From Patescibacteria group bacterium (GTDB lineage: Bacteria > Patescibacteriota > UBA1384 > DATEAH01): a DNA stretch of 64,000 nt. The stretch covers positions 2,090 to 66,089 of the forward strand of contig DATEAH010000007.1 in assembly GCA_035288465.1 (NCBI GenBank), read 5' to 3'. A model generated the notes under the pieces. It was not told the DNA's origin. It was given only the letters and a program-made list of their open reading frames with translations, and did not search any database. The position numbers and the translations under genes were made by a program. Numbering within the stretch: the first letter of the stretch is position 1; every line of letters starts with the position of its first letter. Positions 36,582 through 46,410 of the stretch are shown piece after piece.

Positions 36582-37770
36582 TTACTTTTTTATTTGGTCC
36601 AAAAGGGGAGATTTGACGTAACTTTTTAATTATTTTTGGTAAAACTTTGATGACATAATCAATTTCCTGTTGGGTAGTTTTCCAGCCTAAACTAAATCTG
36701 ATCGAGCCATGAGCCCGAAACGGGTCCTGGTACATCGCCATAATTACATGAGATGGTTCGAGGGAACCTGAGGTACAAGCAGAACCGGTTGAAGCGGCAA
36801 TGCCCTTAAAGTCTAAATTCAAAATGATTGATTCGCCTTCAACATATTTAAAATTTAAATTTAGGATGTGCGGGACACGCTTTTTAATATCGCCATTAAG
36901 TTGGACATCAGGAATTAGATCGATAATTTTTTTCTGCAAATAGTCGCGTAATTTTTTAATTTTTTTCGTTTCCAAAGAATTATTTGCCATTTTAATGGCT
37001 TTACCAAAACCGACAATTGCTGGGACGTTTTCCGTACCTGCCCTTAAACCAAATTCATGTTCGCCACCTAAACTCTGCGCTTTAATTGGGGTATTTTTTT
37101 TAACAAATAAAGCCCCAATTCCTTTAGTTGCTCCTAATTTATGTCCAGATAATGTCAGCAAATCGACATGTAGCCATTTGGTATTGCAGTTTTCATAACC
37201 TGCCGCTTGGACGGCATCAGTATGAAAATAGATTCGATGTCCATTTTTGGCACGGCTTTTATTCATTTTTTCAAGCATTTTTCCAATTTCGCGAATCGGC
37301 TGCAAACTCCCAGTTTCATTATTAGCGTACATAATCGAGACTAAAAGCGTATTTTTTTGGATAACTCTTTTGATAGATTCAAGATTGACTTGACCCTGTG
37401 GATTGACTCTAAGATATGTTACTTTAGCTCGTTTCGCCTTTTCTAATTCACGGTAACAATTTAAAACCGCATGATGTTCAATTTGGGTAGTAATAATATG
37501 AGGAATAAATTTTGAATTTGTGACCAGACCACGAACGGCTAAATTATCAGCTTCAGTGCCACCAGAAGTAAAAATTACTTCATCTGCCTGGCAATTTAAA
37601 AAATCTGCGATCGTTTTTCTATTCTCATCAACTGCTTTTCGAGCTTCCCGGCCAAATTTATGGATCGAAGATGGGTTGCCAAATTTTTCTGAAAAATATG
37701 GCAAAATTTTGCTTTTTATTTGAGGACGAACTGGCGCGGTCGCCGCATAGTCCAAATATATTTTAGGCAT
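36571..37770 (-). CDS. Cysteine desulfurase (NifS/IscS/SufS, class V aminotransferase)
   Basis: PLP lysine in SGHKLGATKGIGALFV; C-terminal active-site Cys in GSACTSG. Confidence 0.9.
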   Translation of the reverse strand: MPKIYLDYAATAPVRPQIKSKILPYFSEKFGNPSSIHKFGREARKAVDENRKTIADFLNCQADEVIFTSGGTEADNLAVRGLVTNSKFIPHIITTQIEHHAVLNCYRELEKAKRAKVTYLRVNPQGQVNLESIKRVIQKNTLLVSIMYANNETGSLQPIREIGKMLEKMNKSRAKNGHRIYFHTDAVQAAGYENCNTKWLHVDLLTLSGHKLGATKGIGALFVKKNTPIKAQSLGGEHEFGLRAGTENVPAIVGFGKAIKMANNSLETKKIKKLRDYLQKKIIDLIPDVQLNGDIKKRVPHILNLNFKYVEGESIILNLDFKGIAASTGSACTSGSLEPSHVIMAMYQDPFRAHGSIRFSLGWKTTQQEIDYVIKVLPKIIKKLRQISPFGPNKKVNAH

Positions 37771-37909
37771 AAAATAAGATTTCCTATAAAAAACATGCAG
37801 CCATAAGGATTTGGTTTTTTTCCGTTTGGCATATTATCTCCTAAATGTTATTATAACATAGGAATGAAAAAAGTTAAAGTTTTAGGCAAGCGACTAAAAG
37901 GAGCGAAGA

Positions 37910-38092
37910 ATGGCAAAGGTGAGCGTTGATAAAGAAAAGTGTATTGGTTGCGGGGCGTGTCAGACATCATGTCCTAAGGTTTTTAAAGTCGGCGATGATG
38001 GCAAATCATCAGTTATTAATCCTGATGGTAAGTGTAACCTTAAAGAGGTTGCGGCCGCATGTCCGACAGGCGCAATCACTATTTCGGAATAA
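37910..38092 (+). CDS. 4Fe-4S ferredoxin (60 aa)
   Basis: CIGCGACQTSCP plus a C-terminal C...CP. Confidence 0.8.
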   Translation: MAKVSVDKEKCIGCGACQTSCPKVFKVGDDGKSSVINPDGKCNLKEVAAACPTGAITISE

Positions 38093-38108
38093 TTTTAGGA
38101 CTCATATC

Positions 38109-38660
38109 TTAATAATATGAAGGATAATAAGCAAATTGATATTCAACAATGTTCTCATCTACGGTGCTGGTGGTGACAGTCAGGCTGGCTGAGTTTTTTG
38201 AGAAGGAAAGGCTTTCTTCATCCGAATCTAATAATTTCCAACCAGCACTAACTAAATTTGTGCGATAATAATTTATGATTTTAGTTGAAGTCGCGCGAAC
38301 TTTGTAGCTTATCTGATAAAAATTATTGTCTTGAGTAGTCGAATATCGGGTACGAATTGAACCAGGATACCTGACAACACCAACTATATCAGTGCCGGCA
38401 ACATCAGTGGTGGGCATGGTTTCAGTTGAACTCGAACTGCCAGTGTCGCTGGAAGTTGAAGTCGGGGTGCTGGTGACAGCAGTTTTGATGGCTTTTTTGG
38501 CTTTGCTATAAGCATAATAGCCTAAACCGCCACCCAAAAGTAGTAAAAAAACGAGCACTAAGACAATAATCAGCACCACTTTAGTTCCTTTTTTGGGTTC
38601 GGTTGAAGGCGTGGGCGTGGGTGCGGATTGTGGCTGTGGTTGTGGTTGAGAACTTTCCAT
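38109..38660 (-). CDS. Hypothetical membrane-anchored protein with a Pro/Thr/Ser-rich linker
   Basis: TM helix after a PQPQ/PTP-rich N-terminus; T/S-rich low-complexity region. Confidence 0.45.
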   Translation of the reverse strand: MESSQPQPQPQSAPTPTPSTEPKKGTKVVLIIVLVLVFLLLLGGGLGYYAYSKAKKAIKTAVTSTPTSTSSDTGSSSSTETMPTTDVAGTDIVGVVRYPGSIRTRYSTTQDNNFYQISYKVRATSTKIINYYRTNLVSAGWKLLDSDEESLSFSKNSASLTVTTSTVDENIVEYQFAYYPSYY

Positions 38661-38809
38661 TTCCCTCCTTTAAATTAAAATTAGTCAAGAAAATCTTGAT
38701 CAAATTTAACATGTAATTCTATATTTATTATATCCTTAGAGTTGGGCTTGTCAAATTAGGATTGAATTTGAAGCAATTTTATGGTAAGATTAGTCATAAA
38801 GGAGTTAAA

Positions 38810-39094
38810 ATGAACGAAATTTCTCCTGAAACCAATGAGTTACAAACAGAACGAGAAATTGTTATTGCCGGCACGGCGATTGAAGGAGCGGTCCAACGGC
38901 TCGCAGAAGTAGCTCCGGATTTTAATCTAGAGGGCAAGAGTTTAAGTGATTTAGAAAAGGAAGCGACGCGGTTAGAAGAAAAAGCGGCGGCGATAAGGAG
39001 TTTGGCGGTGCATTGTCGTCCCGATAATAACATTCTGGGGATCGTTGAGGGTGGATTAAAGGTAAAAATTAGAGAATTGTCAGAAAATTCTTAA
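38810..39094 (+). CDS. Hypothetical small protein
   Basis: ATG at 38810 with strong RBS AAAGGAG; the upstream in-frame ATG at 38762 lacks an RBS. Confidence 0.45.
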   Translation: MNEISPETNELQTEREIVIAGTAIEGAVQRLAEVAPDFNLEGKSLSDLEKEATRLEEKAAAIRSLAVHCRPDNNILGIVEGGLKVKIRELSENS

Positions 39095-39096
39095 AG

Positions 39097-40287
39097 ATGA
39101 ATCAAAAAGTATTGGTCGCAATGTCTGGAGGCGTAGATTCTTCGGTCGCGGCGGCATTGCTTAAAAAAATGGGTTTTAAACCGATTGGGATTTTTTTAAA
39201 GTTTTGGCAGCCTGAAAATAACGATCATTTTACGAACCGATGTTGTTCTACTGAAGCATCTTTTATGGCGCGTCAGGTGGCTCAAAAAATAGAAATCCCT
39301 TTTTATGTTTTGGATTTTCGAGAGCAATTTAAAAAAGAAGTTGCAGATTATTTTATCTCGGAATACAAAAAAGGCCACACGCCAAATCCCTGCGTGAAAT
39401 GTAATCAGAAAATTAAGTTTGGTTTATTATTGCAAAAAGCACGTGAATTTGGGGCAGAATTTATTGCGACTGGTCATTATGCACAAATTTTTCCGCTTAC
39501 TAATAAATCTGGCAGCGGGAAAAAGATATTTAATGAGAGTGCAGGTTTGAATTTTAGTAATTCCGAGCAAACAAAGCCAGTTTTAAAGTCTGCTTTGGAA
39601 AAATATTCCCGAGCTAAATTAATTTTGACTGAGGCTCGAGACAAGACGAAAGATCAATCATATTTTTTATGGACCCTTAAACCTGAACAGCTTCAAAAAA
39701 TTTTATTTCCAATTGGCAATTTCACTAAGCCCGAGGTGAGAAAGTTGGCTAAAAAATGGGGTTTGCCGAGTGCTTTAAGTCGAGAAAGCCAAGAAATTTG
39801 TTTTGTAAATTCGAGTTTGTGGGATTTTTTACAAAAATATTTGAAGCCAAAAAAAGGTAAAATTGTCGATTTAAATGGTAAAATAATTGGTGAACATTTT
39901 GGAGCGTTATTTTATACAATTGGGCAAAGACATCATTTGGAAATTCCGGCTGATAATCCTGAACAAAAACCATATTATGTAGCGAGAATTGATTTGGCGA
40001 AAAATGAAGTGATAGTCGGGCATGAAGCAGATTTGTATTCAAAAGACTTAATTGCGAACGAAATTAATTGGATAAAATCAATCAACAATCAACAACCAGC
40101 AATCAATAATGTCGAAGCTCGAATTCGTTATGGCCACCCCAAAGAAAAGGTGAAAATTAAATTTCAAAATTCAAAAATTCAAGCCACTTTTGATAAACCG
40201 CAACGGGCAATTACGCCTGGACAATCCGTGGTTTTTTATCAAAACGAGGCGGTTCTTGGGGGTGGAATAATTGAAAATAAAAAATAA
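39097..40287 (+). CDS. mnmA: tRNA 2-thiouridine(34) synthase MnmA
   Basis: PP-loop VAMSGGVDSSVAA; conserved Cys in CCST and CVKCN. Confidence 0.9.
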   Translation: MNQKVLVAMSGGVDSSVAAALLKKMGFKPIGIFLKFWQPENNDHFTNRCCSTEASFMARQVAQKIEIPFYVLDFREQFKKEVADYFISEYKKGHTPNPCVKCNQKIKFGLLLQKAREFGAEFIATGHYAQIFPLTNKSGSGKKIFNESAGLNFSNSEQTKPVLKSALEKYSRAKLILTEARDKTKDQSYFLWTLKPEQLQKILFPIGNFTKPEVRKLAKKWGLPSALSRESQEICFVNSSLWDFLQKYLKPKKGKIVDLNGKIIGEHFGALFYTIGQRHHLEIPADNPEQKPYYVARIDLAKNEVIVGHEADLYSKDLIANEINWIKSINNQQPAINNVEARIRYGHPKEKVKIKFQNSKIQATFDKPQRAITPGQSVVFYQNEAVLGGGIIENKK

Positions 40288-40308
40288 AAAATAAAAAATT
40301 AAAGATAA

Positions 40309-42363
40309 ATGATGTTAACATCAAAGACCCCGATTCAAAAAATTGCCGGGATTGGACCCAAAATTGCCCAAAAGCTCGAAAAATTGGGAATTTTGACGAT
40401 TTCCGATTTATTACATCATTACCCCTACCGGTTTGAGGATTTTTCAAAAATTTCAAAAATTGGACAAATTAAACCTGGCACGCATTGTGTAAAGGGAAAA
40501 ATTCTCGAAATTAAAAGTAACCGCACCTTTCGTAAAAAAATGTTTATCACCCAAGCGATTATTCAGGACGCGACTGGTTCAATAAAAGTTGTCTGGTTTC
40601 ACCAACCATACTTAACTAAAATGTTTAAAAGGGGTAGTCAGGTATTAATTGCTGGCCGTGTTGATTATGGCTACGCAGGTTTAGCTTTTCAAAATCCAAC
40701 GATTGAAAAATACACCAAGGGTGGTTTGCATTCGGGTCGAATTGTACCCATTTATCCGGAAACGGCGGGTTTAAATTCTCGATGGCTGAGAAGAATTATT
40801 GCTTCGCTTCTAAAATTAACTGATAAAATTCCAGATTATCTGCCTAAGCAAATTAAAAAAGAATATGATTTACAGGATTTACCCCAGGCTTTAAAACAAG
40901 TTCATTTTCCAGATTCTTTCGAGAAACTAGAAATTGCTAAGAATCGAATCGCTTTTGATGAATTATACTTATTGCAATTGAAAATGTTGAGATTACGCCA
41001 GAAATGGCAAAAAATGACCGCCTCAAAAATTCAAATTGATCTTGAAGCAGTTAAGAAATTAGTCAAAAAATTGCCTTTCAAATTGACTAATAGCCAGAGA
41101 AAAGCGGCTTGGGAAATTTTGCAGGATTTATCTAGAAAATATCCGATGAATCGGCTTTTGGAGGGTGATGTTGGTTCTGGTAAAACTGTCGTGGCGGCAA
41201 TTGCGATGTTGGCAGTAGCAAAATCTGGTTTACAATCAATGATGATGGCACCGACGGAAATTTTAGCCCAGCAACACTTCCATACTTTAAAAAAAGTTTT
41301 AGCGCCTTTTCGGTTAAAAATTGCCCTATTGACTAGCTCGAAAGCCGAAGCCGCGGGGATAAAAAATGCGGCTCGTCCAAAGATCATTGAAAAAATTAAA
41401 AACGGTCAGATTCCGATTGTGGTTGGCACGCATGCTTTGATTGTGGAGAAGATGTCTTTTGAAAAATTGGGTTTAGCGATTATTGATGAACAGCATCGTT
41501 TCGGGGTCGAGCAGCGCACTAAATTACATCAAAAAGCGAAAGGTTGTCCGCATTTATTATCAATGTCAGCCACACCAATTCCTCGCAGTTTAACTTTGGC
41601 GCTTTATGGCGATTTGGATTTATCAATTATTGACGAAATGCCCAAGGGTCGTTTAAAAATTGCCACTTATTTGGTACCGGCCGAAAAACGGCGCAAAGCT
41701 TATGAGTTTATCGCCAAGCAAATTAGAGCTGGTCGGCAGATTTTTGTGATTTGTCCATTAATTGAAGAATCAGATCGGCTGGGCGTAAAATCGGTGGAAA
41801 CTGAATATTGCAAACTAAAAACTCAAATTTTTCCCAAATTCAAAATTGGTCAATTGCATGGCAAAATGAAACCTAAAGAAAAAGAAAAAATTATGGCTAA
41901 TTTTTTAAAAAATAAATACAATATTTTAGTTTCGACTTCGGTAGTTGAAGTTGGCGTTGACGTACCAAATGCCTCGGTGATGATGATTGAGGGGGCAGAA
42001 AGGTTTGGCTTGGCACAATTACACCAATTTCGAGGTCGGGTGGGTCGTGCGGAACATAAATCGTATTGTTTTATATTTTGCGAAAGTCCCACTACGAAAA
42101 TTTGGCAACGCTTATCAGCTTTAACTAGAATTAACGACGGTTTTAAATTAGCAGAAAAAGATCTGAAACTGCGCGGACCGGGCGAAATTGATGGTATTCG
42201 GCAGCATGGCTTGGTGGATTTGAAAATGGCGAAATTAACTGACTTGAAAATGGTCAAATTAACCCGCGAGGCAGCGGAAAAAACTCTTAAAATTGGACTC
42301 GAAAATTTACCGCTTTTAGAAAACAAAATAAAAGAATATAATAAGAACAAGAATAGAGATTGA
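40309..42363 (+). CDS. recG: ATP-dependent DNA helicase RecG
   Basis: Wedge domain; DEAD-like DEQHRFG; helicase C-terminal domain. Confidence 0.9.
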   Translation: MMLTSKTPIQKIAGIGPKIAQKLEKLGILTISDLLHHYPYRFEDFSKISKIGQIKPGTHCVKGKILEIKSNRTFRKKMFITQAIIQDATGSIKVVWFHQPYLTKMFKRGSQVLIAGRVDYGYAGLAFQNPTIEKYTKGGLHSGRIVPIYPETAGLNSRWLRRIIASLLKLTDKIPDYLPKQIKKEYDLQDLPQALKQVHFPDSFEKLEIAKNRIAFDELYLLQLKMLRLRQKWQKMTASKIQIDLEAVKKLVKKLPFKLTNSQRKAAWEILQDLSRKYPMNRLLEGDVGSGKTVVAAIAMLAVAKSGLQSMMMAPTEILAQQHFHTLKKVLAPFRLKIALLTSSKAEAAGIKNAARPKIIEKIKNGQIPIVVGTHALIVEKMSFEKLGLAIIDEQHRFGVEQRTKLHQKAKGCPHLLSMSATPIPRSLTLALYGDLDLSIIDEMPKGRLKIATYLVPAEKRRKAYEFIAKQIRAGRQIFVICPLIEESDRLGVKSVETEYCKLKTQIFPKFKIGQLHGKMKPKEKEKIMANFLKNKYNILVSTSVVEVGVDVPNASVMMIEGAERFGLAQLHQFRGRVGRAEHKSYCFIFCESPTTKIWQRLSALTRINDGFKLAEKDLKLRGPGEIDGIRQHGLVDLKMAKLTDLKMVKLTREAAEKTLKIGLENLPLLENKIKEYNKNKNRD

Positions 42364-42462
42364 AATAACCAATAATTAATAACCAATCAAATTCTAAACC
42401 CCAGTTACCAAATGTTTGAGAGTTATGTTATTGAAAATTGAATGTAAATTGGAATTTGAAAA

Positions 42463-43071
42463 TTGATTTTTAGCGATGAGATTATGATTGATTTTATTGA
42501 AAAATACAAACTTTACATTGTCGGTTTTTTGGTCTTGGTAATTTTAGTCGGAGTGGTGATTTTGCTTTGGCAAAAGAAAAATAGTCCGAAATCATCGATT
42601 ACAAAAAATAGTAGCGAAATTAGAGTTGATATTGAGGGCGCCATTAAAAAGCCCGGCGTTTATGTTTTAAAATCCGAAGCGATTTTAGAGGATTTAGTCG
42701 CTCAAGCTGGCGGCGTGACCGAAAATATTGATAAAATCAGGTTTGCTCAGGAATTTAATCGAGCCGAAGTGTTAAGTGATGGCCAAAAAATTTATTTGCC
42801 ATTTGCCGGAGAAGTGGCAGGTGCGGCGACAAATAATACTAGCGGTAGTGCGACTGAATCTAACACGATCCAAACTGCGGGAAAAATTAACTTAAATTCA
42901 GCTACTGCCGAGCAATTAGATACTTTATCTGGAATTGGACCAGCTTATGCGGCCAGAATTATTGAATATCGGCAGGCGCATGGTGGCTTTAAGATTATTG
43001 AAGAAATAATGGAAATTAAAGGGATTGGCCAAAAAACTTTTGATAAAATCAAAGACCAGATTACGATATAG
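42463..43071 (+). CDS. comEA: ComEA competence DNA receptor (SLBB + helix-hairpin-helix)
   Basis: N-terminal TM; INLNSATAEQLDTLSGIGPAYAARIIEYR..GIGQKTFDKIK HhH motifs. Confidence 0.85.
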   Translation: MIFSDEIMIDFIEKYKLYIVGFLVLVILVGVVILLWQKKNSPKSSITKNSSEIRVDIEGAIKKPGVYVLKSEAILEDLVAQAGGVTENIDKIRFAQEFNRAEVLSDGQKIYLPFAGEVAGAATNNTSGSATESNTIQTAGKINLNSATAEQLDTLSGIGPAYAARIIEYRQAHGGFKIIEEIMEIKGIGQKTFDKIKDQITI

Positions 43072-43225
43072 AGTCAATGAACAGTAAACAGTTCCAACCA
43101 GGGTCTGGTCCGCCTCTGGCGGAAACAATTAGCAATCAAATTTCTTGACAATTTTAGAAAAATTGTTAAAATATAAACAGGAGAAGCAGACTCCTTTTTT
43201 GAAACCCCAAAGGAGGCAGATAGCG

Positions 43226-44131
43226 ATGCAGGTTCAGGCAGTGAGGGACGTTAAGTGCGATCGTTGCGGCATGGTTGGTAGACCGGTTTTTTCAGTAAAT
43301 TTTAATGTTGTGGTCAGCCAAAGCAAGGAGAGCTTAACTTGTATTAAACCTGTAAGTGTTGCGATTTGTTCAGAGTGCATTGAGGGATTAGGTGCGTTTG
43401 TTAAGGATTTGTTAAAAGATGATGATTATTTCAGAGAAGAAGCATCAGTAGTTTTGAAGGGCGATATCCGCGAAGATTATCTAGATGAAATTATTGAAAG
43501 TTTAAAAGTTTGCTTGAAAGATGCTGGTGTTAGCAGCGAAAGTCTGAGCGGAAATACTCCGGAAAGTAAAGATGATTGGAAGGCACTTTTTGAGACCCTT
43601 GGGCATGATTGGATTGTGGCATTTACGGGATTTTTTGAGGCGGATGAGGATGGAGTCTGTAATCTAATTGAAGCGTGGCAGCAAGATCAGGAAAGCAAAA
43701 AAGACTCTGAAGATACTGAAACCACTGAAGCCGCAGATAAAGTAGCCCTAATTGAACGAAAGAGACAAATAATTGATGCTCTGGGTGGATTTACAGTTTT
43801 TCGCGAAGCACTAACTTCTGGATTGCACGAAACGTCAACGATTATTGATGGGATGGAAATTGCTAATGATGAGTTGGAAAGTTTGTTAGATGATGACCGT
43901 TGTGAAGAATTTCTCACCAGACTGCAGGGGATATTTATCGGAAGATTTTTGCATTCTCTTGGCGTCGAATTTGAAGCGGCAACTCTTTTAGCTTCTGAAT
44001 ATCAAGATGCAATTAGATCTGCTCTAGAGAGCGAAACAGGCGAAGATATTTCTCTTGAAGAGTTTAGGGGAAAACTAATTAAAGCCTTGGGTGCTTTTTC
44101 AGCAGAAGTAATTGATATTCAGATAAAATAA
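43226..44131 (+). CDS. Acidic hypothetical protein with N-terminal CxxC...CxxC
   Basis: ATG at 43226 after AAAGGAGG; no recognisable domain. Confidence 0.5.
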   Translation: MQVQAVRDVKCDRCGMVGRPVFSVNFNVVVSQSKESLTCIKPVSVAICSECIEGLGAFVKDLLKDDDYFREEASVVLKGDIREDYLDEIIESLKVCLKDAGVSSESLSGNTPESKDDWKALFETLGHDWIVAFTGFFEADEDGVCNLIEAWQQDQESKKDSEDTETTEAADKVALIERKRQIIDALGGFTVFREALTSGLHETSTIIDGMEIANDELESLLDDDRCEEFLTRLQGIFIGRFLHSLGVEFEAATLLASEYQDAIRSALESETGEDISLEEFRGKLIKALGAFSAEVIDIQIK

Positions 44132-44245
44132 TTATTTATTACTTTCGGCTACTGGTCGATCTTTGCCAACGGCTTGTAGCCCTTTTTGTTTAAAATGGAC
44201 AAATCAGCTTCTATTTGATATAATCAGAGTAATAAATAAATTTTT

Positions 44246-44322
44246 GCCGCCATCGTCTAGAGGCCTAGGATACCAGGTTTTCATCCTGGAGATCACCGGT
44301 TCGAATCCGGTTGGCGGTGCCA
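44246..44322 (+). tRNA. tRNA-Glu (anticodon TTC), CCA encoded
   Basis: GCCGCCA..TCGTCTAGAGGCCTAGGATACC..TTTTCAT..GGTTCGAATCC..TGGCGGT G CCA; D-arm near-identical to E. coli tRNA-Glu. Confidence 0.9.
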
Positions 44323-44478
44323 AGATAAAACTGTAATCTCCTTGATTACAATTTTATCTTATTGCCACACTGGGTGAGAACCTGTTGGCGAAAAAATTAA
44401 ACAAAAATCAAAGTGAAATATTATACTTTCCGTTCAGTCGTTAGTTGAGTTGTTTTGCGTTGAGACGGGCTTTAGCCC

Positions 44479-44501
44479 TTCGAATCCGGTTGGCGGTGCC
44501 A
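44479..44501 (+). repeat. 23-bp direct repeat of the tRNA-Glu 3' end (att-like scar)
   Basis: TTCGAATCCGGTTGGCGGTGCCA identical to 44300-44322, 156 bp downstream of the intact tRNA. Confidence 0.8.
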
Positions 44502-44685
44502 AAATAGAATTCCAATTCATAATTTATAACTCAGAATTACATTACAGAATCCACAATTCGTAATTTGTCCCGTTAGCTGGCGGGCTTTTTTAATTTGAAA
44601 GCCGTTTACTTTGTTTGCCGCATATGATATATATAGTATAATCTCCGGAATGGTCCGGTCTGGTCATCTGCTAAGGAGGCGCGAG

Positions 44686-45234
44686 ATGGGTGGGTTCTCG
44701 ACCGGTGTTTTCACCCAACTTTATCAGCAGGTTCATTACGGCCAAGAACCAGCAATACTTCAACGCTCGGTGAGAGAGGTATTTGCCGAAGTATATGGGT
44801 TGAACATGGTAGATGTTGATTCTAAACTTCAGGAATGGGGGATCGACCTTTCAGGGTTTGGCATGCGGCTCGTTTGGGAAGCTGATCGAACCCATCCAGG
44901 AAAGGAAACGGGTGCTGTTATCGCTGTTCCTGGATGTGAACCCGATGCTTTTATTTTCAAAGTTCCAGCTGGTACCCATACAGAATTCATAATGGCTCTT
45001 TATCGTAAAGTATTAAGTAAAATCGAAGCCAAAGACATTGTAAAATTTGATGGTAAGGGAATTCTTTGCCGCGAAGCAGATTCATATCTCCTGCAATCTC
45101 TCGCAAAGACAGCCAAAATCTTAGAGGTGTTAGTTGGTAAAAGAGCCGCGAATAAGTGGCTCAAAGAGCAAACAGAGCTACTCGAAGAGATGATATCCAC
45201 CCGCCCAAAAAAGCTGGGTGTTTCAAAAGTTTAA
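44686..45234 (+). CDS. Hypothetical protein (GC ~47%, above the local average)
   Basis: ATG 44686 after TAAGGAGG; no recognisable domain. Confidence 0.5.
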   Translation: MGGFSTGVFTQLYQQVHYGQEPAILQRSVREVFAEVYGLNMVDVDSKLQEWGIDLSGFGMRLVWEADRTHPGKETGAVIAVPGCEPDAFIFKVPAGTHTEFIMALYRKVLSKIEAKDIVKFDGKGILCREADSYLLQSLAKTAKILEVLVGKRAANKWLKEQTELLEEMISTRPKKLGVSKV

Positions 45235-45260
45235 TTTGAAACCTAATCAAACCAATTATT

Positions 45261-46406
45261 TTGAGGGATCTTATTCCGGCCTTCGCTATCTCATTTCGGC
45301 GTAGACCTTTTTTAATTGCCAATTTTTCAAAAAACGCATACAATAAAAATGAGGGAAAATTGACAAATTCAGATAAGCAATTATTTAAATTTAGTTACAC
45401 TCGACTAATTATCATTATTTTAGTCGCCCTTGGCATCTATTTATTAATCCCTAAATTAGTCGGGCTCAAAGAAGGTCTTAGATTAGTCCAGCAGGTAAAG
45501 CCGATTTATATTGTCTTGGGCATTTTGGGCGAAGTGGTTAGCTATACTGGTGCAGCGATGCTAATGGGTTTGGTGATTAGAAAACTCAAAACCCGCCTGC
45601 CGTTTATTGATTTAATCCGCATGGGCACAATTGGCGCTTTTGCGATTCACTTTTTTCCAATTTCCGGGGCTGGAGAAGCAACCATTAATTATTATTTATT
45701 GCGCTCAAAAAGTGTTTCCTCGGGTGACGCACTTTTTGTTTTTATCATTCGTGGGATATTTTTATATATCGCCTTTTTTATAATTTTTGCTTTGGGTTTA
45801 TTGTTAACACCGTCGCATCCTTTGCTGAGCTTAACGCAAAAAATTATTTTTATAGCTTTATTTATTGTTATTATTATCGTGACGTTTTGGGTGAGATATT
45901 TATATCGCAATCGCGATCGTTTTTGGTCAGCAGGCTATAAGTTTTTAGGGATAATTAATTGGTTTAGCCGCAAGCTTTTCAAAAAAAGAGTTTTTACGCC
46001 CGAGACTTGTGAGATTTTGGTTTCCGATATTTATAATGGATTTGGGACATTTTTTAGGAATAAACGCAAAGAGTGGTTACCGGCTTTAAGTTGGTCAGCA
46101 ATCTATTGGCTGGGTGATATGTCTTGTTTATTTTTTAGTTTATTGGCATTTGGCTTTGTGGTTCATCCTGGCGTGCTGATTTCCGCATATGGCATTGCCA
46201 CACTCTTGGGATTAATTTCGTTTATCCCGGGAGGTTTGGGGGTGGTAGAGGGTGTTTTAAGTTTGGGCTTGATTGGTTTGGGCGTTTCTGCTAATATAGC
46301 TTTGTTTGGAGTTTTGCTATTTCGCTTAATGTCTTTTTGGTTAATTATGCCAATTGGCTTTGTTTCTTTTGTGACGATGCAGAGCGAGATCAAAAACCAT
46401 AAATAA
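45261..46406 (+). CDS. Flippase-like (LPG-synthase TM / UPF0104) integral membrane protein
   Basis: About 8 TM helices; SFIPGGLGVVEGVL motif near the C-terminus; true start uncertain. Confidence 0.55.
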   Translation: MRDLIPAFAISFRRRPFLIANFSKNAYNKNEGKLTNSDKQLFKFSYTRLIIIILVALGIYLLIPKLVGLKEGLRLVQQVKPIYIVLGILGEVVSYTGAAMLMGLVIRKLKTRLPFIDLIRMGTIGAFAIHFFPISGAGEATINYYLLRSKSVSSGDALFVFIIRGIFLYIAFFIIFALGLLLTPSHPLLSLTQKIIFIALFIVIIIVTFWVRYLYRNRDRFWSAGYKFLGIINWFSRKLFKKRVFTPETCEILVSDIYNGFGTFFRNKRKEWLPALSWSAIYWLGDMSCLFFSLLAFGFVVHPGVLISAYGIATLLGLISFIPGGLGVVEGVLSLGLIGLGVSANIALFGVLLFRLMSFWLIMPIGFVSFVTMQSEIKNHK

Positions 46407-46410
46407 ATTT

